NCBI RefSeq assembly: GCF_041146345.1
Contig: NW_027191404.1
Location: forward strand, 372,001-436,000
Direction of reading: 5' to 3'
DNA length: 64,000 bases
Source: Neodothiora populina
Taxonomy: Eukaryota
Numbering within the stretch: position 1 is the first letter of the stretch; every line of letters begins with the position of its first letter. This document shows positions 47,898-61,041 of the stretch, piece by piece. Below the pieces are notes generated by a model that saw only the letters and a list, made by a program, of their open reading frames with translations, ran no database searches and had not been told where the DNA came from. Position numbers and translations under genes: made by a program.

Positions 47898-49647
47898 ATG
47901 ATGCAGAGATCCGGGCCTAGCAAGACCTCTTTCAAGCATTCGAAAAAACAGGAACCATCCCAAGTCAGAGAAACGCGTGTCTCTGAGGATGTAGAGACGA
48001 GTCTCGAGGCTACACATGATGCTCGCTTGAAGAAGATCTTTCGGTATCATGACCTTGGACATACTAGACACGAAACATCTCACTTACAAGTGTCGACAGG
48101 AAAATTGATCGCAGGATCATTCCTCCCTTCTGGGTTCTTTACTTTCTTTGCTCGGCGATAAGAAGTAATGTCAGTCTGGCCCAGACCATGAACAGCGCGC
48201 AGCATCACTCGCTGAAGGATGTGCTGCACTTGACTCCCAAGCAAGTCTCTACTGGTCTCGCACTGTTTTATGTGTGCTATGTCGTCTTCGACTGCCCTAG
48301 CAACTTGATCATGAGCAAGCTGAGTCCCCATGTCTGGATGAGCAGGATTGTTATCAGTGTTGGTATCATTGGGACATGCATGACTGCCATGAAGGCTGCC
48401 TGGAGTTTATAGTGAGTGTTCTTTATTGCTTACCGCTTCATACATTGACTGACTCTCCATTCCAAAAGTCTGCTCCGTCTTTTGCTGGGTATAGTCATCG
48501 CGGGAATGTGGCCCGGAATGACCTACTACCTGACTCTCTTCTATCCACCATCTCAATGCGCCAGACGTATCGGTCACTACTACACCGCCGCGCAAGTCAG
48601 CGCAGCAGTGGTCGGACTTGTCTCTGCTGGCTTCCAGAAGATGGACGGCCTCGGCGGTCTTGTCGGTTTCCAATGGATGTTTCTCATCTACGGCTTACTA
48701 GCAGTGATTCTCGGTTTCGCCCTGCTCTGGTGGCTCCCTCCCCGACCAGTCATCCCTGGAAGTGAGACGCAAAAGGCAAAACCACAAGGCTGGAAGAAGC
48801 TTTTGCCACGAAGTCCACCTGCGCTGACGGGTGACGATGCTCTCTTGCACTACCAGGAGATGAGCAGAGTGTACCAACGACCCGCGTGGGGCTGGAAGGA
48901 CCTCGGTCGCGTGTTGATTGACTGGCGCCTCTGGCCTCTGACGCTCATGTACTTTGGAGTCGTCGGAGTCGGTAAGTCTTTCTCATCTTTCGTTACCTCA
49001 TCGCTCTACCACACCTCACCAGAACTAACAGAAAGAAAGGCATCGGCGTCCAATCCTACGGCACAGTGATAATCCACGCCATCAACCCCTCTTTATCAAG
49101 CATAAACCTATCTCTCCTCTTCGCCCCAATCTGGATCTGCGACCTGATCGCCATCCTCCTGATCACCCCCTTTTCAGACAAATACCACCACCTCCGGCCC
49201 TTATTCTTCATCTTTCCAGCCCTGATAATCATGGCGGGCCTGCTCATAACGACCTACTCGAACTCGACGGCCTCCTGGTCGCGCTACGGCGGACTACTGA
49301 TCGTAGGCTTCGGACTCGGGCCCACCGTGCCCGTCACCATGACCTGGACTTCGGAGATCTTCAGCACGAGACACGGAGAAGTCGGCGTCGCGGCCGCCAC
49401 CGCACTGGTTTCTGGCTTGGGTAACCTGGGCAGTATCTTGACGACGTATGCGCTTTATACCGGTTGGCCTGAGGATGCGAACTCGGAGGAGCCGTACAGG
49501 AAGAGTAATCTTGTGGCGGTGGGTATTGTGGGACTGAGTATTGTCAGTTGTGCGCTTATGAGTGTTGTGTTGAGAGCCAAGGGGGAGTTCGGGGGGAGGC
49601 GGTCGAAGGTGGAGGGGTCGAAGAGGTCGTCTGTGTCTGGTTCGTGA
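47898..49647 (+). CDS. MFS transporter, anion:cation symporter (Dal5/Tna1-like) family
   Basis: RKIDRRIIP, PSNLIM, GGLVGFQWMFLIYG and multiple TM helices. Three introns. Confidence 0.88.
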
Positions 49648-49920
49648 GATGTGAATACACAAGATGGGCGGGTGGCATGCCGAAGAAGGGGGTTGGTGTA
49701 ACGGTTCTGATGATGGGAGACTTATAGATATAGATGAATATAATGGAAAAAAGTACGATTACAGGAAAGCAAAAGATATGGGACTTGGAGATCATTCGCC
49801 AGCCGCTTGTGCTTGTGACCACTTTTGTGCGTTCACTCTATTCTCTATGTATATCTCTTAGGTCCACCACAACATATACAACGAACCTTTCATCCTATCA
49901 AAAAGCAAGTATTTTCCCAT

Positions 49921-50726
49921 CTACTGAGCAACCGGAAACCCAATCCCAAGCAACAGCGCAGGCTCCTCGACACTATGATGCTGATAACTCAAAACCCCGA
50001 CACCACCGGGTTCCATCATGAGACTCAGCCCGAAATCCAACGGATACCCCAACCAGCGCTTCGCAAAGCACCTCGTGAAGTGCCCGTGAGCGACGACCAT
50101 GATGTCCGCGGGGGCTTCGCCGTTCATGTTGGGAGCCTGCAAGGCACGGATTTTGGCGATCAGCGCGTCGCACCGCTGCGTTACCTGCGCGGGGCTCTCG
50201 CCGTCGACGCAGCCGTCGCGCCAGATGTCCCAGGGGCGCGAGGGCGAGTTGAGGCCTTGGTCTTGACGCAGCTGTTTGATCTCTTTGGGCTTGAGGCCTT
50301 CGTAGGCGCTGGGGGTGGACTGTCAGCCTTTCCTTCTTTTCTTACTTTTCATTTATTCCTTCTCCGTGGATAATGGATAAGGGAGGGATAAGAAAAAAAA
50401 ACGCACCCATAATTCCACTCCTGCGCCAACTCCTCGGTCTCGAAAACGCCCTTCTCCTTCAGTTCCGCAATCGTCTCGCCGCCGAACAGCAGCTCTGCCG
50501 TCTTCTGGGCGCGGCCGCGCGGACTCACGAATAGCTTGGTCAGTTTGGCTGGGTCGACGAGTTTGTTGGATCCGACTGCTAGTGCGCCTGTGCCGCGGAC
50601 TTGGTCTTCGCCGTGCGCGGTCAGTGGGATCTCGGTCTTGCCTGTGTGTTTGCCGGATTGAGACCATTCTGTCTCGCCGTGGCGCACCAGGAAGAGGCGC
50701 GGGGTTGAGGCGTCTTTGTCGGGCAT
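49921..50726 (-). CDS. Histidine phosphatase / phosphoglycerate mutase family, sedoheptulose-1,7-bisphosphatase (Shb17)-like
   Basis: LVRHGETEWS, EWNYGAYEG, WDIWRDGC, VAHGHF. One intron. Confidence 0.88.
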
Positions 50727-51115
50727 TTTGCTTTTGGGGGCCGATGTTAACTGATGAGTGTGATGTGTTTGTGTAGAAGTGATTGGGGTCGGTAAAGCCG
50801 GGGTTGGGAAGTCGAAAGAGGAAGACTAGAAAAGAGACACTGCTAGGTCATGTCATGTGGCATGACTATAGGGAAAGTGGACGAGGGTGCTTTTGACTCA
50901 TGTATATTCTTCGTCTCTCAAGGGGAAAAGTAGTCGTTTGTGGAAAAGCAGGTGTACTCGAGTGAAGGAGATTTGGATGCTTACGAATATCAATCAAAGA
51001 CCCCGTCTACTATATCCTCACGGTGAGGCGGTTTGTTTTATCAAGTAAATAATGTTTACCATTGATACCTCAGTTTTGTCCACTTTGGTATAGGGAGATA
51101 GAGGGGTGATGCTGC

Positions 51116-51144
51116 GATAAGATGCGATAAGATAAGAACGATAG
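51116..51144 (+). promoter_or_regulatory. Cluster of GATA-factor sites (three GATAAG plus GATAG)
   Basis: gataagatgcgataagataagaacgatag in the divergent promoter of the SHB17-like and PHYHD1-like genes. Confidence 0.5.
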
Positions 51145-51351
51145 CCTCATCTCATACTGCACAAGTAAATGCCTCGGATTGAGGGATATATCTATATCTA
51201 CCTCGTTCCCTCTGAATCATTGCCTTGATCCTTTTCATCTCTTGTTCCATTGGGTGCAGGTAGACCTGAGGGTGAGAAACTAGTGTGACTGACCATATTC
51301 ATATCTTTCTCTGTTTCTTACAATCATCTCCATCACTATAACATCTCCATC

Positions 51352-52364
51352 ATGTCTCCCGCCCGCGTGTCCCCGCCACCGCCTCAGGACCTCGGTCAAG
51401 GTCTCACCAAAGAGCAGCTCGCTTTCTGGGACACGAATGGCTATCTATTGGTCCCCGATGCATTGTCACAAGACCAGACCAAGGGGCTGTTGGCAGACGC
51501 ATATAAACTGCTCGGTGACTTTTCCCTCGATGACCATCCCATGACCAAGTTCAGTACGGGCGAGAAGAGCGATCATGTCGGGGACAGCTACTTTCTCGAG
51601 TCGGGCGATAAAGTGAGGTTTTTCTTCGAGGAAGGTTAGTGAATTGAAACAAAAGAAAGAAACATGGGAGAAAAATTGACAGGATGCCTCACTCAGACGC
51701 TTTTGACGCCAATGGCAACCTCACCAAACCCAAGGAGCGCGCCATCAACAAGATCGGCCACTATCTGCACTCTCTCCACCCTTCATATGCCGACGTATCC
51801 ATATCATCACAAAACGCCGCCATCGCCCAATCACTCGGCTTCCACGATCCTCGCGTGCTCCAATCAATGATCATCTGCAAACAGCCCGAGATTGGCGGTC
51901 GCGTTCCTCCTCACCAAGACAGTACATTTCTCTACACCGATCCTCCTTCGGCCGTGGGCTTCTGGTACGCATTGGAAGACTGCACAATCGACAATGGCTG
52001 CCTGTCATTTGCAGCCGGGTCTCACAAGCGCGCTCCAATCCGCAGCAGATTCGTGCGCATATCAAGCCAAGGAGAAGACGGAGCAGAGTCGACAACAGGC
52101 ACCGGCTTCATCGAGAACAACACCTCACATTGGCCGCGCGGGCTCGAAGAAGACACGGAAGTAAAGAAAGAAGTCTACGATCTCGGCCAAGTGAAAGCGG
52201 GCACTTTGGTCCTGATCCACGGCAACCTGCTGCACAAGAGCGAGAAGAACACGAGCAACAAGGGACGAATGATTTACACTTTCCATGTCATCGAGGGCGA
52301 GAATGAGTACGATGCGAGGAACTGGCTGCAGCCTCCTTCTTCTGGCTTCTCGAAGCTGTTCTGA
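51352..52364 (+). CDS. Phytanoyl-CoA dioxygenase family (PHYHD1-like) Fe/2OG dioxygenase
   Basis: YFLESGDKVRFFFEE, INKIGHYLH, QSMIICKQP, PPHQDSTF (HxD), LLHKS. One intron about 51635-51697. Confidence 0.92.
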
Positions 52365-52639
52365 GCCATGTATCTGCTGTTGGGTACAATGTCGGTGATG
52401 ATGTCCATGATTTTTGGATTCTACGTCTTGATCTGGGTAATGAAATGGAGACGAAGTTGCAGTCAAGAGGTAAATCAGGTATGTAGACGAAGCAACAAAC
52501 ACGGCTTTTTGGTCTCGTTTGTCTTTTGCAATAGAGACCGTCTTCTAATCTACTCTACCTTTCCCTCCGTCAACCAACTGGTCATTACTCCGTGACATCA
52601 TGAATAAAGAAAAGACAGACAGAAGGGGAAAAAAAAGGA

Positions 52640-53626
52640 CTACACATCGTTATGATCATAAATCCACTGCAACAGCCTACCCAGCACCAACCCGCCATCA
52701 TGACCCACAGTCTCACACTTGGTCGCAATCTCCTTGGCCTGCTCCGGCGACTTGCCTTTCGTGTATGCGTCTGTCAGCGTCACTATCGCTTCGACAGTCG
52801 ACGCGTCCATTTCCAGGTGCGTCTGGAATGTGAAGACTGTGCCTGCTGCTGATAAAAAGGCCTGGTTGTTCTGTGCTAGGGGGATGAAGCCTGGGGCTGG
52901 TCGGGTCACCATGCGTTTGTGAAACTCGGGAGCCGTCTGTTTGGGTCCTGGTCAGCCTTTTTTTTTTCTTTTCCTTTCCCCTAGGGTGCTTTCTATTCTG
53001 CGGATTGGGAGGTCAGGGGGGAAAACTCACGAAACTCGATTTCCGGCTGGGGAATCCGAGGAATGCTTGACCTTCTGGAGTCAGGTCAATGGTTGATATA
53101 TCGCCCTGTTCATCAGAGATTGATCAGCTCATGCTTCTTCAAACACAGCACTCCCCACAAAACATCACACAAGAGCAAAAGAAAAAAAAAGAGAGAACAA
53201 AAAACTCACGACAGGCCCCCCCTTCATCTCCTCAATCTCGCCCCCAAGCGCCTCAGCAATAATCTGGTGGCCCCAGCAAATGCCCAAAATCTTACAACCC
53301 GTAACAGCACTTCCTCTCCTGCCAAAAGACGCCCTCGTCATGCCCCCTTCCTCGACGATTTCCCTGACAAACTCCCTCATCTTGACGACCCACTCGTCGT
53401 CGCGCGACCGCGGGTCCACAGATCCTCCACTGAGCACTATCAGGTCATAGTCCAGGGGATCAGGAAACTGCGATGCGACGATGGGGTCGTAGAAGTCGAT
53501 TTGAGACGTTGGCTCGAGGGCCTTGAGCGCGCGTTTCCACGAGCCTCGCACGTGTGGCTCTAGCGGCGACGAGGGCTCCGTGTTGATCAATACTGCTATT
53601 CGCATGCAGTTTGTTGGTAGAGACAT
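52640..53626 (-). CDS. Class I glutamine amidotransferase-like protein
   Basis: YDLIVLSGG, LGICWGHQ (catalytic Cys), FQTHLE (His-x-Glu). Two introns. Confidence 0.85.
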
Positions 53627-53669
53627 TTTTGCTATTCTTTTGTTCTTTTTGCTTGCTTTTCCTTTGTCT

Positions 53670-53682
53670 GGGGGGGGGGGGG
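53670..53682 (+). repeat. G13 homopolymer
   Basis: 13 consecutive G about 45 bp upstream of the GATase-like ATG. Confidence 0.9.
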
Positions 53683-56476
53683 TATATATATTTTATCTCG
53701 CTTTCCAATGGAAGGATTCTTTAGGCGTGGACTCGAAGCTTGGTTCCTTTATTGATCTGGTATGTAATGTTCTTATGGTAGCGATGTGTATGTATCGCTT
53801 CAATTGAAGAACTGAGACCCCGTCGATCTGTTCTTAATGATGTTGACGTTCTCTCCCCCTTCTATTATCTCTCTCGTAAAGTGGGGGGACCAAGGTACAA
53901 AAAGAAGCGCAGTAGTAGCGGTTTTGGGAGAAAGGTTAGTAGTAGAGCCAAGGTGTGTCTCAACAACAGCTACTCTTTCCCCGACTAGTACCGTGAGGAC
54001 GACCAGAGATCAACGTCGGAGTCGTCACAAGATCACAATTTATCTTCTTCACAGGAGCGTAAGACGAACACCACAAGACAGCAGATAGAGAGAGACTTGA
54101 AGATACGAGAAAAAGGAGAAAAGGCTAGAGGTATACTAATTTCGATTCTCAAAGATCCCACGGAGCTGCGTCCCTTCCAACCCATCTATCTCCCTTTCTC
54201 CTCCTTCTCCCCCGCTGATAAGCACAATCAATGGGCTGGCTTTTTTACTGATAAAGGTTACGTTGACCTATCTCCAGCCGCCCTTTTCTCCGAGCCCTCT
54301 CTAATTGGAAATGGTATCCACAATACCACCCGACTGGGTTCACAGGTAATGGCACTGCGTTCTCGGTGGTGTAGATAAGGTTGGTATAGTATTTATCTTG
54401 GTACGGTACTAACATGCTCCGAAAAAAGATTAATAAAGGTTTTGTTAGTCGAGTTGGGGTAGGGTAAGGGTTTCGGGTTTTCCCACTTTCTGCGTTGCTT
54501 TGGTTCGGCATCACGATGATCATGACCATGTACAGTAGGTTGTTGCTTAGGATACTGTGATACCTTACCTTGATGATGATGACCCATTATGGAGTTCCCT
54601 GAATCATGTCCTCGTGTGAACGGACCTGGATTCAGTCGATGATATGCGTTTTCTTTGTTTGGGCTGGCTGTCGTGGCTGCCTGGATGCGGTGTAGATATA
54701 ACTGCCTTGCTGTACGGTAGAAAGATGATCTGCCCAGCACCTCTGCGCAACCAATTGGCGTAAGCATTCGCGTACGTTGGTATGATAGGTCGACCGGCTG
54801 GATTTGATGGCCCTTTCCCACAAGAGCTATGCGCAGAGCCTGGCGGCCTCCAATCAATCAAATACTAATACAACTCTATTATAATCACTAGCCACGAACA
54901 TCCAAAGCTCTGTCGGCGAACATGTTTCTTTACCTCTGACCACTGTTCCGTTATACGAATTACTAAACTCCTAATGGCTATGATGGAAATGGCCAAGCAC
55001 GTCACGCAGTCGCTAACAGATAAGGTACGCTCTATGACGAGATGGTCCCCGGACGTCGAGTCTTTGGAGAGCTGACTTGAGTATCTGGTCGAATTAGTCT
55101 CTACCCTATGCCATCGGAGTTAATGGACCGATTCTCCGCTAGTCTTCGACTTTGTCATTCACAAGTTACGTCGTCACATCACAAAGCATCGAAGTCTTGA
55201 GAACATGATAGAGGCGGGACAGAAGCGATCCGAGCGAAAGTCTTGCATGAAAAAAATTCAAAAGAATGTCGTTCTGGTCTCGGTAGGCGGATCACCCACG
55301 TCCGACTGCTTCTCGTTAGCTGTCGAGGCATTCATGATTCACGCTCGGAGACGGATGGTTCGTGTTCCCGGTCTCGGCCGCAACTGGCGCATACGGCTTT
55401 TGAATGTGGGACATTGGTCAGCCAGAGAAGAAATTTCTACTCTGGCTCATGTAATACACAAACGATCATGGGGCCATGTGAGCAGCAGATGGTTTCTGTC
55501 AAGTAATAAGCAGGTGGGTTCGAAGCATTTACAAGGTAGGCATTGAGTATATGTAAACAGTTTGTGCACGCCTGTTGTTCTCTTGAAAATCTAATCTACT
55601 GTGATACTTGTACATGGACGGAAACTCATCTAATGAAACAAAACGACTTGGCAATTTCGGGACAACACTGAATGGTCGCCTCATGAAACAAAAATAGGTA
55701 TGGATCAGCTTTCTCGCATCTCGCATTCTTGGCCACGTCAGGGCAGCTACTGTACTGTACAAACGGCTTTAGGGTCAAGTTTGTTATTGACGCGAGTCAA
55801 GGTTTCATGCAGCTGTGCAGGTAGTACCTACGTAAGGTATACACAGATCCCCCGGCAATGAGCGCATAGAGGATCCAAACAACTTGGTCTACGAGAACTA
55901 GGACTCGGCCCTACAACAGGAGAACAAAATAGGTGTACATTATCTGGATATCCTGTATCCCTGCTCCACCACCGCTTCTTTCTTCTTGGATTTGATACAA
56001 GGTTCTGTAGTACTCGTCTTGTGTTTCACTACTATACCATACTGGAGTACAAGTGCACCTAGCTTCGACCTCCGCCCCCAATCGACAACGGAACCATCTC
56101 AATACGATCCGAGAGTCAATCGCACGTGTCAGATCCTGGAGCGGGAGTTTGAGAAGCTACGGGGAGGTTGTTTTGGATTTCGGTTTCTCCAGTTCCTCTT
56201 CGGCCGCAAGGCTGTCCAGGCTGTCCAGGCTATTCACACTACTGTACAAGTATTAGCCTTGTACACGGAGCTGCTGCTAAAATCACCGCAATCTTTAATC
56301 CCTCGGATTCTGTCTCACTGCGACTCCGAAGCTCCTACTGGCCTGATTGTCGTATATTACCTGGCTTCTTGGTCTGGTCAAGACCACCATTGGCATTTGC
56401 ATGCTTGTTCTCTATTTTGTATACTTACACCACAATTGCGCTGGACGCGTAAGCGACTACGACCACAGCAGCAACA

Positions 56477-59400
56477 ATGGAGAACGTCCAGATCCATTCC
56501 AGGGTGAGTGAATTACTGAGCTCTAATGAAACAGCAGTGTATTGATCATGTTTCCAGAGTTACATTGTGCGCTGGGTTCATGTCGCCGAAGGCCATTCGA
56601 TCACCTGGAGTGTGCAACCACACAAAAAGAGCATCAATTTTGGCATCTTCAAGCACCCCGGCGCCAAGAGTGACCTGTCTGCCAATGATGGTCTCGATAG
56701 CGGAGAGGCCATCTCCCCTACCGGTGACGACAAGAGCAAGAGAAGAGGCTCCGTCTCGGTCGGCGGCAAGCACGGCAGTAACACCATCATCGAGAAGCTC
56801 CAACACATTGGCCTGAAATGCGTCGACTGGGTGGGCAACTGCGAGGCTGACAAGGTGTCAATGGGCACCTACGATGTCCCCGCTGGCCAAGAAGGAACCT
56901 ACGGTCTCGTTTTCGACAACACCTTCTCCAAGACTGTGTCCAAAACCGCGACATTCGTGCTCATGACACACCCCACGAACGCCCCACCAAAGAGCAAGGC
57001 TCTCTTGACTCCTGCTTCACAGAACCCTCCGCCAACCGCGAACGGAGCCTCTGGTAAAAGCCCAGGGCTCCGTCCAACCACAGCGTCAACCGAGACCTTG
57101 GATCGTGACACTGCACTGCAGCCCCCGGTCGAGGCTAGTCAGCCCGCAAGGCAGAGAAGAAACACGATTGGGAACAGCCTGGAGATATTAGACATACACA
57201 CAGGAATCATGTGGAAGAAGCGAAGAAAGAAGGGTCAGGGCTGGGCAAAACGTTTCTTTTCTCTCGACTTCACCTCGAGCACCCTCTCTTACTACCGCGA
57301 TCGCCATTCTTCGGCCCTGAGAGGCGCAGTCCCCTTGTCACTGGCTGCTGTGGGTGCAGACGAAAACACGAGAGAATTCTCTATTGACTCGGGCGCTGAG
57401 GTCTGGCATCTGAAAGCCAGCAACACGAAGGAATTCGAGGAGTGGAAATGGGCATTGGAGAAGGCATCGAATGCTTCCATTCACACCCCTGGTCCTGGCA
57501 CTCCTGCCGGGTTACAGACCTCCTATCCCTTTGCCCCGGCGAACTCAGAGCAGCTCGGCAATGTGGAGTGGGAAAAGGCGGAGAGTCTTCTCAGCAGGAT
57601 TTCAGGAAGTCGTGACGCGCTTAGAAGGCTTGCCCAGGACACGGAGCCAAAGGCCACTTCTAACGGACTCAGTAATGCCGAGTCCGCTTCGCCAAGTGGC
57701 TTGTCTCTCGAATCTGCATCAAACCCCTTCTTTGCCGACGCAGACGAGGCTGTTCCGGAGAGGCGATCGTTCTGGCAGCGCAAAGCCAGCAACGCCAGCA
57801 CCTCACCTGCCAATTTTAAGAGAAAGGCATCAGCCCAGCAGCTTTCCGTGCCGGGCACTCCCCCTGTTCCCCAATCATCACCATCACCGGGCTCGCTCAA
57901 TGTGTCCAAAGTTCGTCCAAGCACTGCGAACAGCGTAGCTTCGCAAGCTCCTCCTCTCGGTGATGTCCACGACCGATGCGTTGCACTTTTGAAAGATCTC
58001 GATGCCGTCGTCACAGACTTTTCCGCCCTACTCACCGAGACAAAGGCACGAAGACTGCCCAACAAGCCATCCATGATCTCACGCATGTCGATAGACTCGA
58101 CAGCATCATCCGAAGAATTTTTCGATGCAGAAGACAGGCGACCGGCAGGACCAGTCGAAACCCCCTCTCAACTACTTACTATCAGACGCTCGAGTGACCA
58201 GAGGAGTGGAGAAGCTGAACCACAGGACACTTCCTCAGTCGCTGACGACAGTGAGTCGAGTAGTGACGCTGGTGATAGCAACACGTCTTCGTCGCTTGCG
58301 GGTGCTGCAGTTGACCCTGCCACCGCTTCTTCTCTCTTCCCTGTGAAACCTAGAACCTTGGCTGCGACCATGGCGCACCCAACCAAGTGGCGAATCAGTA
58401 TACCACCGCCCAAACAACCTCCCCCGAGCTTGGTCAGCTTTCTCAGGAAGAACGCTGGTAAGGACCTCAGCACTGTCAGCATGCCTGTCAGCGCGAACGA
58501 GCCGCTTTCGGCCCTTCAGAGACTTGCCGAACCTTTCGAGGCTGCCGAGCTATTGCATACTGCCGCATCACTTGACAAACCCGATCAAGCGGCTGATAGA
58601 TTGCTGTATGTTGCCGCTTTTGCCGTGACGAATTTCGCCAGCAACAGGGTAAAGGAAAGGGCGCAAAGGAAACCTTTCAATCCCATGCTGGGCGAGACTT
58701 ACGAGCTCGTGCGAAGTGACCTGGGCTTCCGTTTCGTTTCCGAAAAGGTCGTCCACCGTCCTGTTCGGATGGCCTGGCAGGCCGATGCCCTGAGTGGAAA
58801 GTGGAGTCTCTCACAATCTGCACAACCCACCCAGAAGTTTTGGGGAAAATCCGCGGAGCTAAACACCGAAGGACGCATGCGACTCGCCCTGCATGATGCT
58901 TCCGAATCAGGCGAACACTACAGCTGGGCTTTGGCCACTGCCTATTTGCGCAACGTCATAGCTGGTGAGAAGTATATTGAGCCTACCGCCAGCATGACGA
59001 TCCTCAACGAGACCACCGGCATGAAGGCTGTAGCTACCTTCAAGGCAGCGGGTATGTTTTCCGGCCGTAGCGAAGACGTTTCGGTCGCGCTCTACGAAGC
59101 AGGATCGACCACTCCAATGTCGTTAGGCTTGAACGGCAAGTGGACTTCGTCGTTGACTCGGACCGACTCTGAGGCTATTGTCTGGGATGCAGCACCCCTG
59201 GTGGAGAATGCAAACAAAAACTGGGGCTTTACTACATTTGCTGCAGCTTTGAATCAGATCTCGTCCAGTGACCAGAAGCTCTTGCCACCGACTGATAGCA
59301 GACTCAGGCCTGATCAGCGAGCGCTGGAAGAAGGCCAGCTCGACGAAGCTGAAGCCTTGAAGGCAAGGTTGGAAGAGAGACAGCGTGCGAGGCGCAAGGT

Positions 59401-59572
59401 ATTCGAGAGCCACGGCTCCGAATGGAAACCCAGGTTCTTTGAGAAACTTGATACCGCCGAGCAAGGTGCCAGCGACGAGGAGGTGTGGATCCTCAGAGTC
59501 GGAAGGGAGGGCTACTGGGAGTGTCGCGAGAGGAACAGCTGGGAGGGTGTCAGCAGAGTGTTTGAAGTGTAA
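56477..59572 (+). CDS. OSH3: Oxysterol-binding protein, Osh3-type (GOLD-PH-FFAT-ORD)
   Basis: Short first exon MENVQIHSR, then intron about 56504-56557. GOLD (LVFDNTFSK), PH (KKRRKKGQGWAKRFF), FFAT (EEFFDAED), ORD (KPFNPMLGETYE, EKVVHRP, LPPTDSRLRPD). Confidence 0.93.
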
Positions 59573-61041
59573 GATGTGATGGTGTGCGCTTGACTATACG
59601 AGCTCGTTACTTCGAAGCAGGTCGCCGCTCGTTCCGATGATAGCAAAGAAACCAATACGATACCTACGATTGACCTACATGTGGATACTGCCTTGTCTTC
59701 GTATTCCGAATTTGCGAATTAAGATGGCAACCGCTTCTCCCGGACTACAACGATATTATATCTACTGCACCTTGAAAATCAACTCTTCCTTGGTGTTTCG
59801 CATGTGCTTGCATCAAAGCAGCCTCAGCAGCAGCCGCCTGTTCGGTTGATAGCAGAAAATCAATATTGATCCTTTACGTATTGCTCATGTTTGTGCTGCC
59901 TTGCAGCACTGCAAGCATGCAGCCCTACAGTGCCCATAAAATCCATGCATCCACGTCTCAACGTGCGCATCTGATAGCTAATCTCATCTATCAGCGTCGT
60001 CCAAGTCGTCATCCAACACTCTCGTCTTCTATCTGCTACGATGATGTACGAACACATACATGAAGCAACACACTCACACACACATCCATCCTCTCTCTCA
60101 ACGGCAGATACGAAGCCATCAGTCGACGAACGTGTGCAAAATGCCACATTCATTCAGGCCTGCCTTGGTTCTTGCTCTCCACATGCCTACTTAGCTATCT
60201 TAATCTCCATATAATGGAATGAAATGGGGATAAGCATGCCGCAAGCGGCTAATATCCGCCCCGTCCGCTGTCGCGGAGAAATCTCACTGCCCTCAAGGGC
60301 TTGTCTCGATTTCAAACAATTCGCTCGAGCCAGTGATGAGTAAGGAAACAAACCCCAAAGGCCTGGTCGGTTTGCCGCACGCGCGAACCCCACGACCAAG
60401 AACGCCTCTAGGCTTGCCAGTGCCGAGATGGGAGATTGGGGGGGCCGCCAGTAGGTAAAGATGGCTACCTTACAGCATCAGCAGCTACGGCAGCATATGA
60501 GACACACCCATGGTAAGCATGACTTGCGCCTCGGACACGTTTTCTGATATTTCTTCATATATACATTGCATGGTGACATCCACGGAATAAATACTCCCCG
60601 CATTTGTGGCTTGCACTAGGGGTGGGTCAGCTTGATTGGACGGAAGAAGTTTCTCCAGATATCGCAGGGCAATAGCGTTTAATTTTAGGGTCTTGTGTGA
60701 GATTTTGCGGAGAGAGAGAGAGAGACAGAGCAAATGCTGGGGTTGATTGGCGTGGGCTTCCCCACAGTTTCTTGTGTGGGAGGGTGAAGACTAAGGGAGC
60801 TAGCTCTGTACGTTGTTCCTCCACTTGACTACATATATAACATGCTCGTCTTTGCATCTTGATTCTTCTCATCCGTAGGCAGATTAGAGTGGTCCTTGCT
60901 TTTCCTCTCTACTTCTCTGTATCTCGTCAAGTTCAAGAGGTCTATACTCGAGAAGCAAGCTGCTTTTTGGTTGAGTTGTGGTATTTCCTGCCAAGCCTTT
61001 TCTCACTTCTCACCTCTCTTCCACACATATCACCACCCACC

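Noticed and set aside
47898..53626. MFS, phosphatase, dioxygenase and GATase-like genes as a metabolic cluster
   Set aside because: No backbone enzyme, pathway regulator or coherent pathway; all are widespread families, so adjacency alone is insufficient.
54393..54857. 154-aa minus-strand ORF
   Set aside because: Non-ATG start and no recognisable protein features.
55986..56507. 173-aa ORF overlapping the OSH3 start
   Set aside because: Starts at TTG, has no in-frame ATG, is out of frame with OSH3 and shows no recognisable motifs.
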